A stretch of 63,973 bases of DNA, filler included, from an uncultured bacterium (GCA_964471275.1; 3 parts of 3 records of this genome joined end to end with filler, not necessarily neighbours in it), one strand, 5' to 3'. Positions 39,238-48,938 are shown, counted from the whole stretch's first letter. The notes: generated by a model not told the origin, from the sequence alone. Program-made: numbers and translations.

Positions 39238-39268
39238 TTAGACGAGAGATCGCAACACATTGTTTCGG
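39238..39268 (-). promoter_or_regulatory. Putative ECF sigma promoter
   Basis: GAAAC-N17-CGTCTA on the minus strand; matches the site at 45790-45819. Confidence 0.6.
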
Positions 39269-39393
39269 TTAGATTGACCTGGTCAGCCTAGATCGTGTCG
39301 CCGACGTAAATGACAGCAGGTTAGGCAGTTAGGCATAAATTGAACCCAACGTACAACAATAGACATTCCCCTTGTCTCAGACAACAGGTAGCC

Positions 39394-40164
39394 TCAATCT
39401 TCGAGTAATCGGTGCTCTTCCGATTTCTCCCACCTTCTGGGTGTCCTGACCACGCGGGTTGCCGCGATCCGATCGAAGAGCGTTCGACGCTGACCGTCCC
39501 ATAGCGGCCAGATGTGGCTAATACCGAGAGTCAGTACACCGAGGAAATAGGCCAGGGAGAATCGAATCCCGACCTGGTGCCACGTAAGACTCCCCCCTGA
39601 CTCCGAAACCAGCCGGACCCCGGCCTCCGCCATCCCGGGCAAACGCCCGGACCGAGTCAGTTGAGGCAGTACAAACAGAGCCCGATAGGCTATGAATCCG
39701 AGTAGCCAGGGACCGTATGTTTCGACTGTACCCCAGATTGCTTCGGGGGAGGTTACATAACCAACAACCTGATCCACCCAGCCCGTCTCAGCCCCTCCCA
39801 AAAAAACACCTCGGCCGCCTCGCCCTCCTCCTCGCCCGCCGCCATCTCCACCGGCGGCGGCCAGCATCCTGAACCCCAGATACACAACCAGCGGGAAAAA
39901 GCTGACAAATACGTCCAGTAAGCTCCCCCACAGCCTGCGGAAAACACCAGCAGGCTCCCCAACCTGAGCGTCCGGACCACGATCGTCTAATAGGGCAATG
40001 CGATCGTGCATATGTTCCCGAACGGCCTCTATCCGCTCAGGATATTTCTCACGGTCAAGATGACCGAAGACATCCTGAAGCTCCGATAGGGACATCGAAG
40101 GCAGTGCTTTCTGAAAGGCCTCTTCCTGCCGATCGGCGTGACCATCTGTCAAAGTTCCGTTCAA
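39394..40164 (-). CDS. RDD family membrane protein
   Basis: AG..RR..G.LLD, PGM…G.R.V…G, D…RTL.DRIA.T.VV. Confidence 0.85.
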   Translation of the reverse strand: MNGTLTDGHADRQEEAFQKALPSMSLSELQDVFGHLDREKYPERIEAVREHMHDRIALLDDRGPDAQVGEPAGVFRRLWGSLLDVFVSFFPLVVYLGFRMLAAAGGDGGGRGGGRGGRGVFLGGAETGWVDQVVGYVTSPEAIWGTVETYGPWLLGFIAYRALFVLPQLTRSGRLPGMAEAGVRLVSESGGSLTWHQVGIRFSLAYFLGVLTLGISHIWPLWDGQRRTLFDRIAATRVVRTPRRWEKSEEHRLLED

Positions 40165-43100
40165 GGCCGACGATCCGATAACGAGTAGATCGTGGGTATC
40201 AAAATCAGTGTCACAAGGGTCGAGAAGCCGAGTCCTCCGATCACCGTTATCGCCATAGGCGCCCGTATTTCGGCACCCTGCCCAACGGGGAAGATGATGT
40301 TGAGCGTAGTCATGAGAGCCAGATACACGATGTCTGGTAGCACGCCGGCGAATGCGCGGTCGGCAAATTCGACAATCGGTCTCAAGTTGAATATGCCGAG
40401 TGCCATCGGAAGCAGCCCCAGGACCGTGGTAGAGGTTGTCATGAGAATGGGTCTCAGGCGCACCCGGCAGGCCTGTTCGATGGCCTCGAGTTTCGGCACA
40501 TTCTGGTCGCGTCGAAGCATGTTGATATAGTCGATCAGGACGATCGCGTTGTTCACGACAATCCCCGCAAGCATGATCAGCCCGATCAGCACAACCACGC
40601 TGACGGTCTGGCCGGTAACAAGCAGGATAAGCACCACACCAACGAGCCCGAAGGGAATGGAGAACATGATGACGAATGGATGGACCAGCGATTCGAACTG
40701 CGAGGCCATTACGAGGTATACGAGGAAGATCGCGAGGGCGATCGCCATTTGCATACTTTCGAAAGAGCGCTCACGTTCCTCGTTCTGACCACCGACCTCT
40801 ATGTTGTACTCTGGTGGCTTTACGATCTGGCCTATCTCCTTCTCGATGTCCGCTACGACCTCACTCAGATCACGACCTTCCAGGTTAGCAGAAACAATCG
40901 CCACGCGTTCCTGGTCGACCCGGCGGATCTCGGCAGGCCCCATCTCGACACTCAGGTCCGCGACCACGGCCAGAGGGATCGGCGTCGGCGCCGAGGCGGG
41001 TGACACGATCAGGCGCCTCAGATCGTCGACGGTCGCTCGGTGCTCCTCAGAAGCCCGAACCCGAATGTCAACCTTTCGGTCGCCTCGGGTGAACTCCGTC
41101 GCAACCTCTCCCTGGACCTGGTTGCGAATGATCTGGCCTATCGCGGATATGGTCGTCCCAAGCTGGGCGACACGGTGCCGGTTAAATCGAATCTGCACCT
41201 CTGGATTCCCGCCTTCGGCACTCGTCTTCAGATCGGTCAACCCCTTTAGATCACTCAACCGGTCCATCACATCATCGGACAGGTCTTTCAGTCTGTTCAG
41301 ATTGTAACCGGAAACTTCGACTTCGACCGGTGTCTTGGACGTGAACAGCGAGGGTCGAGCGAATTTGGTTTCGACAGACGGGAAGTCTGAATATGCTTGC
41401 CGAAGGCGCTCCATAACACGCTCCTCGCGATCACGGATGACGCCTTCCTGCAGTGCCACGTTAATCTGACCGATATTTTCACGCTCCTCACCGGATGAGC
41501 CGCCGGACGAGCCCGCCGAGCCGATGATACTGTAGACGGTCAGGACTTCAGGCAGCTGTGCCGCGACTGCCTCCAGGTCGCGGATCACGGATTCGGTCAC
41601 GGCCAGGGGGGTGCCAACAGGCATCTCGATACTGACGACAAACTCTCCCTGGCTCATCTCAGGGATCAATTCGCTGCCAAGAAAATAGGTCGTGCCACCG
41701 GCACCGACGAGGACGGCAAAGGAAAGAGCCAGAACGTAGAGCCGGTGCCTCAAAGCCCAGCAGATCAAGGGCGGATAGGCCTCATAGACGACATCGATGC
41801 CCCTGTTGAACACCCAGACCAGTGGAGACATCGCTCGGAGGATCCCGCGACCCAGCAGTGAAAACAGACGGCCGATCAGACTCAGCACACGCGTGGCACC
41901 TCTGCCTCCCTTCCCATCCGCCGACCTCCTGCTGGCTTCGATCTCCGCAACCTCCGACATCCACCCCATCTCGAGAGAAGCCAGCATAGGGATCAGCGTG
42001 AGCGCGACGAGCAAAGAGGCCACGAGCGAGAACGTCACCGTCAAAGCCTGGTCCCGGAACAGCTGGCCCGCGATCCCCTCGACAAAAACGATCGGGACGA
42101 AAACACAGATCGTAGTTATGGTTGCGGCAACAACAGCCTGCGCCACCTCGCTTGCTCCCGTGTTCGTTGCCTCGAGAGCTCCCATCCCCTCGTCCCGGTA
42201 TCGCTGGACACTCTCCAGAACGACGATCGAGTTATCCACCAACATGCCGATACCCAACGCGAGACCGCCGAGAGACATGATATTCAAGCTGACATCTGAC
42301 ACGAACATCAGGAAGAAGGTAGCGACGACCGAAATTGGGATAGACAACCCGATGATGGCAGTGCTCTGTGGGCTCCGCAGGAATAGATACAGAATGATGA
42401 TCGCCAGGAGTCCACCCATGATGGCCGTATTCAAGACTTCCGAGACCGATTCGCGGATGAACACCGATTGGTCGAACACGACTTCCATATCCGATCGGCC
42501 CAGCATCACATCAGCGTCCTTCCGGAAAGTAACGAGGGCATCGTGGACGCGCTGGGCCACGGTCACCGTGTTTGCATCACCCTCCTTGTACACCGCAAGC
42601 TCGACGCTCTCCTGACCGTTGATTCGTGTCATAACCGTGCGCTCACGGTGCCCCCGGTATACGGCACCAACATCGGACAGCGTGATGATCGCACCCCGCC
42701 TCTCGCCGACGACGATGTCGCGGATCTCCTCGAGTGTCTGAAACTCGTTCAGCGTTCGGACAAGATACTCCGCCTCACCGTCTTCCAGCTGTCCTCCCGT
42801 CAGGTTGACGTTCTCCTGCTCAAGCCGGGAGACAACCTGGTTCAGAGATATCCGCAAAGTCGCAAGCTTGGGACCATCCACCTCGATGTGAATCTCTTCT
42901 TCCAGGCCACCGTTCACGCGTACTGCCGCGACGCCTTCCAGAGCCTCGAGTTCCGGCCGAATCTGTTCTTCCGCAAGAAGACGGAGCGCGATCAGGCTCT
43001 CTTCGCCGAACAGACCGATGCGGATGATGGGATCGAGAGATGGATCGAAACGAAGGAGAACCGGCTTGTCCGCGTTCTGGGGCAACTGGAGACGGTCCAG

Positions 43101-43433
43101 TTTCTCACGGATATCGAGGGAGGCGAAATCCATGTCCGTCCCCCACGCAAACTCGACAACAACATCCGATACGCCGGGTCTGGAGGTGGACGTAACCTTC
43201 ACAACATTGGTGACGACACCGACGGCCCCCTCGACAGGTTCCGTGATCAGCCGCTCCATCTCGGAAGGAGCCGTCCCTTCGTAGTCTGTCCTGACGGTAA
43301 CCGTCGGATACGTGATGTCTGGAAGGAGATTGATCGCCAATCGGTCGAAGGCGACCATACCGAAGATCAGAGCCGCAACGACGAACATCGTCACGGTAAC
43401 ACGTCGGCGTGTCGAAAAGGAAATCAGTTTCAT
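40161..43433 (-). CDS. RND efflux permease (AcrB/AcrD/AcrF family)
   Basis: 1090 aa; LLP.I.YP, N.MSLGGLALGIGMLVDNSIVV.E, ASQFES, GIVVNNAIVL.D, RLRPILMT. Confidence 0.95.
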   Translation of the reverse strand: MKLISFSTRRRVTVTMFVVAALIFGMVAFDRLAINLLPDITYPTVTVRTDYEGTAPSEMERLITEPVEGAVGVVTNVVKVTSTSRPGVSDVVVEFAWGTDMDFASLDIREKLDRLQLPQNADKPVLLRFDPSLDPIIRIGLFGEESLIALRLLAEEQIRPELEALEGVAAVRVNGGLEEEIHIEVDGPKLATLRISLNQVVSRLEQENVNLTGGQLEDGEAEYLVRTLNEFQTLEEIRDIVVGERRGAIITLSDVGAVYRGHRERTVMTRINGQESVELAVYKEGDANTVTVAQRVHDALVTFRKDADVMLGRSDMEVVFDQSVFIRESVSEVLNTAIMGGLLAIIILYLFLRSPQSTAIIGLSIPISVVATFFLMFVSDVSLNIMSLGGLALGIGMLVDNSIVVLESVQRYRDEGMGALEATNTGASEVAQAVVAATITTICVFVPIVFVEGIAGQLFRDQALTVTFSLVASLLVALTLIPMLASLEMGWMSEVAEIEASRRSADGKGGRGATRVLSLIGRLFSLLGRGILRAMSPLVWVFNRGIDVVYEAYPPLICWALRHRLYVLALSFAVLVGAGGTTYFLGSELIPEMSQGEFVVSIEMPVGTPLAVTESVIRDLEAVAAQLPEVLTVYSIIGSAGSSGGSSGEERENIGQINVALQEGVIRDREERVMERLRQAYSDFPSVETKFARPSLFTSKTPVEVEVSGYNLNRLKDLSDDVMDRLSDLKGLTDLKTSAEGGNPEVQIRFNRHRVAQLGTTISAIGQIIRNQVQGEVATEFTRGDRKVDIRVRASEEHRATVDDLRRLIVSPASAPTPIPLAVVADLSVEMGPAEIRRVDQERVAIVSANLEGRDLSEVVADIEKEIGQIVKPPEYNIEVGGQNEERERSFESMQMAIALAIFLVYLVMASQFESLVHPFVIMFSIPFGLVGVVLILLVTGQTVSVVVLIGLIMLAGIVVNNAIVLIDYINMLRRDQNVPKLEAIEQACRVRLRPILMTTSTTVLGLLPMALGIFNLRPIVEFADRAFAGVLPDIVYLALMTTLNIIFPVGQGAEIRAPMAITVIGGLGFSTLVTLILIPTIYSLSDRRP

Positions 43434-43439
43434 ACCGTG

Positions 43440-44873
43440 CTATCGACCTCGGCCACCGAAGGAGACGATGCCCTTCTCTCGCATTTCCCCGACAAAGGCA
43501 CGAAACTTGGCGATATCGGTACCCAGTTCAGGATCCTTCTTAACGCGTGCCTCATAGATCTTCTTCATCTCAGGGAACCGATCGAACATCCGCGTCTGCA
43601 TCGCCTTTATATCGCCTCCGCCACGGCCTGCTCCGGATCCACCACCACCGGGCCTTCCACTCTGAGACGTCGCTGATTCACCCCGGGCAACCCGTTCTCC
43701 TCCTGCTTCCTGACGGTTTCTCTGACCATCATCGCGCGACTGTCGCCCTCGGGCCTCGTCCGCCAGCTCACTGCTTCCGCCCCTCCTAGCCGCGGCCGCT
43801 TGTGCGCTCCCACCGACAATCCGAACGTCGGCTCCCGGGCGGAGACCGTCCTGACCGACCGTGATAACTCGATCGCCATCCGACAGCCCCGAAACCACCT
43901 CCAGCCGATCACTATCAGAGAACCCGATCTCGACCCGCCTTCGCTGAGCCTTGCCGCCACCCTCACCTGCTTCGAAGACAAACACCTGGTTGCCTTCGCC
44001 TTCGAGAACGAGCGCTCGCTTGGGTATGACCAGCGCATTACGGCGTGTTTCAGTGATGATATGAACGGCCGCAAACATGCCAGGTCGGAGCAGACTCTGG
44101 TTTCCCGGTATCTCCACCGTGACCTTAATGGTGCCACTCTCAGGGTCAACCACCGGGCTGATCATTTTCACGCGACCACCGAAGGCCTGTTCCGTCTCTG
44201 TCTCCACTGAGATGCGAGCTTCCTGCCCGATCGCAATCTTGCCGATCTCCTTTTCCGGCACCCGTATCCGCGCCAGCAGCGGATCGAAGTCGGCGACGGA
44301 GAATACGGCCTGGCTGCTCGAGACGACGTTACCGATCTCGACATTCCTTGCAGTGACGATCCCGGCAATGGGTGATGTAATCCGGGTGTAGCTCAGGTTC
44401 AGCTTGGCCTGGTCCAGCTGCGCGTTGGCCCTGTCCATCTGCGTTTTCGCCGATTCAAACTGCTCCTCACTGATCAGATTCGATTTGAAGATCTTCTCGA
44501 CCCGGCTATAATTGCGTTTTGCGTCGAGGTAGGCCACCTCCATCTGGGTGACCTGAAGACGGACATCATCGGAATCGAGTTCCGCAATGACGTCTCCCAC
44601 CGACACACGGTCGCCCTCCTCCCTGGCGATCCGCACGATCTGGCCCTGACGTCTTGCACGAACATCCACCCAGCGTTCCGCTTCGAGCGTCGTGTTCTTG
44701 AGCACGCTTTTGGATATTTCCGCACGTGCAGCCGCCTCGACCTTGACCGGTATGGCCACAGTTGCGCGGTTCCGGCCGCCCCTCCCCTGGTCTGTCTGTT
44801 GCTCCTTGCCACCACAGCTGGCCAGTATGCAGACCAGAAACATCAACTTAGCGTGTCTCAAGTATCCTCCCAT
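43440..44873 (-). CDS. RND periplasmic adaptor (MFP) lipoprotein (alternative TTG start 44861)
   Basis: Lipobox LASC, EGD.V..GD…LD, I.SPI.G.V, VDP.SGT, LRPGMF, GL..GD.VI..G. Confidence 0.9.
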   Translation of the reverse strand: MGGYLRHAKLMFLVCILASCGGKEQQTDQGRGGRNRATVAIPVKVEAAARAEISKSVLKNTTLEAERWVDVRARRQGQIVRIAREEGDRVSVGDVIAELDSDDVRLQVTQMEVAYLDAKRNYSRVEKIFKSNLISEEQFESAKTQMDRANAQLDQAKLNLSYTRITSPIAGIVTARNVEIGNVVSSSQAVFSVADFDPLLARIRVPEKEIGKIAIGQEARISVETETEQAFGGRVKMISPVVDPESGTIKVTVEIPGNQSLLRPGMFAAVHIITETRRNALVIPKRALVLEGEGNQVFVFEAGEGGGKAQRRRVEIGFSDSDRLEVVSGLSDGDRVITVGQDGLRPGADVRIVGGSAQAAAARRGGSSELADEARGRQSRDDGQRNRQEAGGERVARGESATSQSGRPGGGGSGAGRGGGDIKAMQTRMFDRFPEMKKIYEARVKKDPELGTDIAKFRAFVGEMREKGIVSFGGRGR

Positions 44874-44922
44874 TGCTAGCAGGCAATCACTAACGGTTCC
44901 GCCTGTTCGACGTATCGGCCAC

Positions 44923-45279
44923 TCAGCGACTGCCACGACGTCTGTCACGATCACACGAATCGCAAATGGCATTGAAGGTTGCCAGTTGTTCAACGTCCAG
45001 GATCTCGCGAATCTTATCTCGCGTCTCCTGCTTAATCGCTCGGAAGCGGGGTTTTGTCTCGTGGCTCAAATTAACCATTCGGTGCCGGGCCTTATCCACA
45101 ATCTCGTCAAGCCGTGTCTCTTGAGTATCGGTGAGGCCCAGCTTGTCGGCCAGACCGCGGAAGAGCGCTCCCCTGTGCGATTGTCGCGCGCCTTGCGCAA
45201 TACCCTCATACACCGTTGCTGACAATGCACCGGCTCCAAAACAGGCCAGCGCCAGAATGCAAACTCTCCACCGTTTCAT
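44923..45279 (-). CDS. Spy/CpxP-like periplasmic protein
   Basis: Signal/TM, LGLTDTQ (LTxxQ) and KIREILD.EQ…F motifs. Confidence 0.7.
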   Translation of the reverse strand: MKRWRVCILALACFGAGALSATVYEGIAQGARQSHRGALFRGLADKLGLTDTQETRLDEIVDKARHRMVNLSHETKPRFRAIKQETRDKIREILDVEQLATFNAICDSCDRDRRRGSR

Positions 45280-45289
45280 TACTTCACCC

Positions 45290-45739
45290 TCAGTAAGAGC
45301 TGGAGATCAGCAGACTCACAACTTTGTCTCTCGACAGATCATCCTCTGCTACCGCAACTTCCAGTACGTCCTGATCAAGGGACCGCTCCAAATACCGCTC
45401 GAACTGGAGTTCATCTCGCGACAGGCTCTGGGCCAGACTGAAGAGAGCGCCGAAGCCGATCACGACCAATGCCGCCACAGCAAGAGCTCTTCTGAACAAG
45501 GAGATGGAATCAGCTCTGGAATACGCTTGTCTGGGCCCCGAGGCCAGGGGTGTCGGAATCGTCGCGGCGCTCTCGCGGAAGACATCGAACATCTCTGAGA
45601 GTTGCTCGAGTGAAGCACGCTCTTTCCGACAGATTGGACACATCGGAAAATGCTCCACCAATGCCCGGGCATCTTCGGATCCCAGTTCTCCGTCCAGCCA
45701 GACGGAGACGAGTTCTGTGTATGGGCAGTGAGCCTTCAT
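45290..45739 (-). CDS. Zinc-finger (zf-HC2) anti-sigma factor
   Basis: C…VS.WLDGEL…HFPMCPIC (HxxxCxxC), then one TM helix and a short periplasmic tail. Confidence 0.85.
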   Translation of the reverse strand: MKAHCPYTELVSVWLDGELGSEDARALVEHFPMCPICRKERASLEQLSEMFDVFRESAATIPTPLASGPRQAYSRADSISLFRRALAVAALVVIGFGALFSLAQSLSRDELQFERYLERSLDQDVLEVAVAEDDLSRDKVVSLLISSSY

Positions 45740-45789
45740 CGACTCCATCGCGGATCAAGAAATCGGCGTAAAATAGGTACCATCTTGAG

Positions 45790-45819
45790 TATGACGGCGC
45801 GGAAAAGCCCATTGTTCCC
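45790..45819 (-). promoter_or_regulatory. Putative ECF sigma promoter
   Basis: GGAAC-N17-CGTCATA on the minus strand, just upstream of the anti-sigma gene. Confidence 0.6.
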
Positions 45820-45921
45820 GTGAAGATGGTGCCCAGATCGCCAAGATCATCGCCCAAGAGTGTAGTTCGACGGGAGATTCGGCGTGACGATCAGGAGGGA
45901 ATGTTCAAGTCAGCGAAATGC

Positions 45922-46335
45922 TCAAGGGGTGCCTTGCTCATCCGTTGCGATCACAAATCGCTTCACACCGGACCCCTTGATGATGTCCAGGATACCCATC
46001 ACGTCTCCATACGGCAGGCCCTGGTCTGCTCTGAGAATCAATCCGCCACTCGCGTCCACGTCCTGAGAGGATTTCGCCAATGCTGCCTTCAACGCATCGG
46101 TTGCGACCACCTCGCCATTGTAAACCATCTGGCCGTCCTTGCTGACATTCAGGATGAACCGCTTCTCCTGCTGCACCCGGTCCGCGTTCTGCATCGAGGG
46201 AAGCTCAACCTTCAGAGCTGCCTGCTCGATGAAAGTCGTGGTAACGAGAAAGAAGGTGAGGAGCAGGAAGAGGACATCGATCAGCGAAGTGATGTTGATC
46301 GTCGGTCTCCGTTTCGGTTTGTCCGAGAATCTCAT
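45922..46335 (-). CDS. exbD: Biopolymer transport protein ExbD
   Basis: INITSLIDVLFLLL.FFLV, LP, LRAD…YG.VM. Confidence 0.92.
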   Translation of the reverse strand: MRFSDKPKRRPTINITSLIDVLFLLLTFFLVTTTFIEQAALKVELPSMQNADRVQQEKRFILNVSKDGQMVYNGEVVATDALKAALAKSSQDVDASGGLILRADQGLPYGDVMGILDIIKGSGVKRFVIATDEQGTP

Positions 46336-46997
46336 TCGCCATCCACAGAAGGCTCGGAATTCACGGGCACGGCCTGCGCACGGAATCCTCTGAGTTTCTT
46401 CAGCAGACCACTTGAATATTTCTCGATCTCCAGAACCAGAGATTCCGCCTTGACGGTGTAGAAATTGTACAGAACGAGCGACGGTATCGCCACAAACAGC
46501 CCGGCCGCAGTCGTCAGGATCGCTTCCGCGATACCGCCAGCCAGCAGATTCCCCTGTCCTACACCGACTTCCGAGATCTCCTGGAAAACCTTGATCATTC
46601 CGATGACCGTTCCCAGCAGACCGAGCAGTGGCGAAACGCTTGCTACCGTTTCGAGTACGACCAGACCTTTCTCCAAATCGCCGATCTCCTGACGGCCCTG
46701 GTCTACGATGTTCTCCTTTATCTCCTCAGGCGCCAGCTCTCGACTGCCGAGCCCGGCCATGATCACGTTGGCAAACGGCCCCTCGAATCGCTCGCACACC
46801 GATACGGCCAGTCCGATATCCTCCTTGCCCGAGATATTCTCGATCACGCTCACGATCTCGGGCCTGATGACCTTACTCCGACGCAGGCTGAACGCGCGCT
46901 CGATCGCGATCGACAGGGCCATCACGGAGCAGATGGCGATCGGATACATCATCAATCCGCCCTGGCTAAACAGTGCAGAGTACAGATCCCAGTTCAT
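46332..46997 (-). CDS. exbB: MotA/TolQ/ExbB proton channel protein
   Basis: GG.MM.PI..CS, PLLGLLGTV.GMI..F, LAGGI.EA..TTA.GL.VAIP. Confidence 0.92.
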   Translation of the reverse strand: MNWDLYSALFSQGGLMMYPIAICSVMALSIAIERAFSLRRSKVIRPEIVSVIENISGKEDIGLAVSVCERFEGPFANVIMAGLGSRELAPEEIKENIVDQGRQEIGDLEKGLVVLETVASVSPLLGLLGTVIGMIKVFQEISEVGVGQGNLLAGGIAEAILTTAAGLFVAIPSLVLYNFYTVKAESLVLEIEKYSSGLLKKLRGFRAQAVPVNSEPSVDGE

Positions 46998-47013
46998 CTA
47001 GACTCCTTAGGTC

Positions 47014-47841
47014 TTAGCGTCCCTCACCGAGAAGGACATAGGTGAAGATTCCCGTGATCTCCAGGAACGGCTCCGGGAAGTCATCGGGCAAAGGCTTGAA
47101 CGGTGCAGACAACTCCACGGCTTGCGTGCTCGTCTGGAGAAGCAGCTTGCTGCCGCGGCTATCCAGCACTTCCAGCGCCTCCATCCGCCCATCGGCATAG
47201 ATGCGGAAACGAACCTTGGACTCGCCATCGATGATCCCGAGCCGAGTAAAGGCGGCAGGTGGAAAGATATGTGATTGGATCAGTTTCTTCAGATACTTGA
47301 GGTAGGGGGCGAAGTTCCACGCATAGGTGCTGAGCTGAAGCCCGCCCTCATCGAGTGCCCGGCTGTTCAAGTGGGTCACCGCGACCGATTGGCGTGCCGC
47401 CGCCGGCGAACCAAAGACCGATCGCTCTCGCTGCTCTCGCGTCGTCAGACCTCTCCGCTTGAGCAGGGCCATTGATTCAAGCCCCTGGTATATTTGCTCA
47501 GCTTCCGATGTCTCGCCCTCCGCCTGCTGGGTCTGGTCTGGTGAGTGCTGGCCCGTTCCAGTGAGTCCCGCTGCTTTTGAGGTCTGGAAGTCACCCTGAA
47601 TGTCGATGATACCCTCATTCTGTGCCATCTCGCTGCGTAGCAGATCAGCCTGTGATCGATCTGCCGAGCGTGCGTCGCGATCAGACAGGAACCGCGAATC
47701 CTCAGGCGCCTCTGAAGGTTTGGCTTCTGATTCCACAAACTCGAATGCCAGTGAGTTCGGCTCGACAGGGGCCGTCCCCGCCTGGATCAGAAGCTCCCGA
47801 GCCGGTGTGAGCAGAAGGAGCAGTAGCAGGTGAAACAGAAC
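47014..47841 (-). CDS. tonB: TonB-family energy transducer (5'-truncated by contig end)
   Basis: Frame is open to the gap and begins VLFHLLLL (TonB TM His); C-terminal Y…I…F.P.A…G…VRF.I..DG…S.G…A.F.PLP. Confidence 0.8.
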   Translation of the reverse strand, partial: VLFHLLLLLLLTPARELLIQAGTAPVEPNSLAFEFVESEAKPSEAPEDSRFLSDRDARSADRSQADLLRSEMAQNEGIIDIQGDFQTSKAAGLTGTGQHSPDQTQQAEGETSEAEQIYQGLESMALLKRRGLTTREQRERSVFGSPAAARQSVAVTHLNSRALDEGGLQLSTYAWNFAPYLKYLKKLIQSHIFPPAAFTRLGIIDGESKVRFRIYADGRMEALEVLDSRGSKLLLQTSTQAVELSAPFKPLPDDFPEPFLEITGIFTYVLLGEGR

Positions 47842-47941
47842 NNNNNNNNNNNNNNNNNNNNNNNNNNNNNNNNNNNNNNNNNNNNTTAATTAATTAANNN
47901 NNNNNNNNNNNNNNNNNNNNNNNNNNNNNNNNNNNNNNNNN
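47842..47941. other. Artificial contig-join spacer
   Basis: N44-TTAATTAATTAA-N44. Confidence 0.97.
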
Positions 47942-47986
47942 CAGAACTACATCAGCCTGGCAGGAGAGGTACTCGCACATGGGTAA
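47942..47986 (+). CDS. parA: 3' end of a ParA/Soj ATPase (fragment)
   Basis: QNYISLAGEVLAHG* resembles the ParA C-terminal Y..LA.E helix and overlaps the parB start. Confidence 0.65.
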   Translation, partial: QNYISLAGEVLAHG

Positions 47987-48863
47987 ACAGCGCCAGGCGC
48001 TCGGCAAGGGGCTGGGTGCCCTCATCCCGGGAGCCGACGATGAGACGCTGGTCTCCGAACCGATCACAGCAGAGAACAACGGTCCGATCGTCCTTCAGAT
48101 ACCGGTAGAGGACATCGAGCCTAACCCGCATCAGCCTCGTGAACACTTCGATGGGGATACGGTTGCGGAACTGGCCCGGTCGATCAAGGAAAAGGGCTTG
48201 CTGCAACCGGTAAGCGTCCGACGATTCGGTACAGGCTACCAGCTGGTTGCGGGTGAGCGCCGTTTGCGGGCCAGCAAGTCTGCAGGTCTGGATACGATCC
48301 CGGCGATCATATTCGACGTCGCCTCAGATCAGGAGATGATGGAACTGTCCTTGATCGAGAATGTCCAGCGTGAAGATCTCAACCCGATCGAGGAGGCCAA
48401 GGCTTACCGTGCGCTCATCGATGACTGCTTCCTGACACAGGAAGAGGTGGCCCAGCGTGTCGGGAAAGAGCGATCATCCGTAACCAACACCCTTCGGCTG
48501 CTCGCACTCGCCGAAGAGGTGCGAACCGCGCTGGAGTCGAACTTGATCTCGATGGGTCACGCGCGTGCCCTGCTCGGATGCGAGGACACGCGACAGCAGA
48601 TCTCGTTGTGCAAGGAGACGGTCAGTAAAGGCTTATCGGTAAGACGCGTTGAAGCGCTGGTCCGGAACGCTAAGAGCGGGACCGCGATACCGCAGTTGCA
48701 GCCGACTCCGGCAGATCCGCACGTCGCCTCCGTGGAGGAGGATCTGCGGCAGCGATTCGGAACGGGTGTGAGCATCAGGAAACAGGGCAACAAGGGTAAG
48801 ATCGAGATCGAGTTCTATTCGATGGACGATCTGGATCGTGTTCTGGAACTGCTTCACGGGTAG
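47979..48863 (+). CDS. parB: Chromosome partitioning protein ParB/Spo0J
   Basis: LGKGLGALI, NP.QPR..F, GLLQP, AGERR.RA, ENVQREDLNPIEEA, HTH, GHARALL. Confidence 0.97.
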   Translation: MGKQRQALGKGLGALIPGADDETLVSEPITAENNGPIVLQIPVEDIEPNPHQPREHFDGDTVAELARSIKEKGLLQPVSVRRFGTGYQLVAGERRLRASKSAGLDTIPAIIFDVASDQEMMELSLIENVQREDLNPIEEAKAYRALIDDCFLTQEEVAQRVGKERSSVTNTLRLLALAEEVRTALESNLISMGHARALLGCEDTRQQISLCKETVSKGLSVRRVEALVRNAKSGTAIPQLQPTPADPHVASVEEDLRQRFGTGVSIRKQGNKGKIEIEFYSMDDLDRVLELLHG

Positions 48864-48938
48864 CGTGACAGTCACAGCAGGGCTATGATCTTCAGAGTCT
48901 GATACAACTTCAGGCCGACCTCCGGGTCGGCCTTCTGC

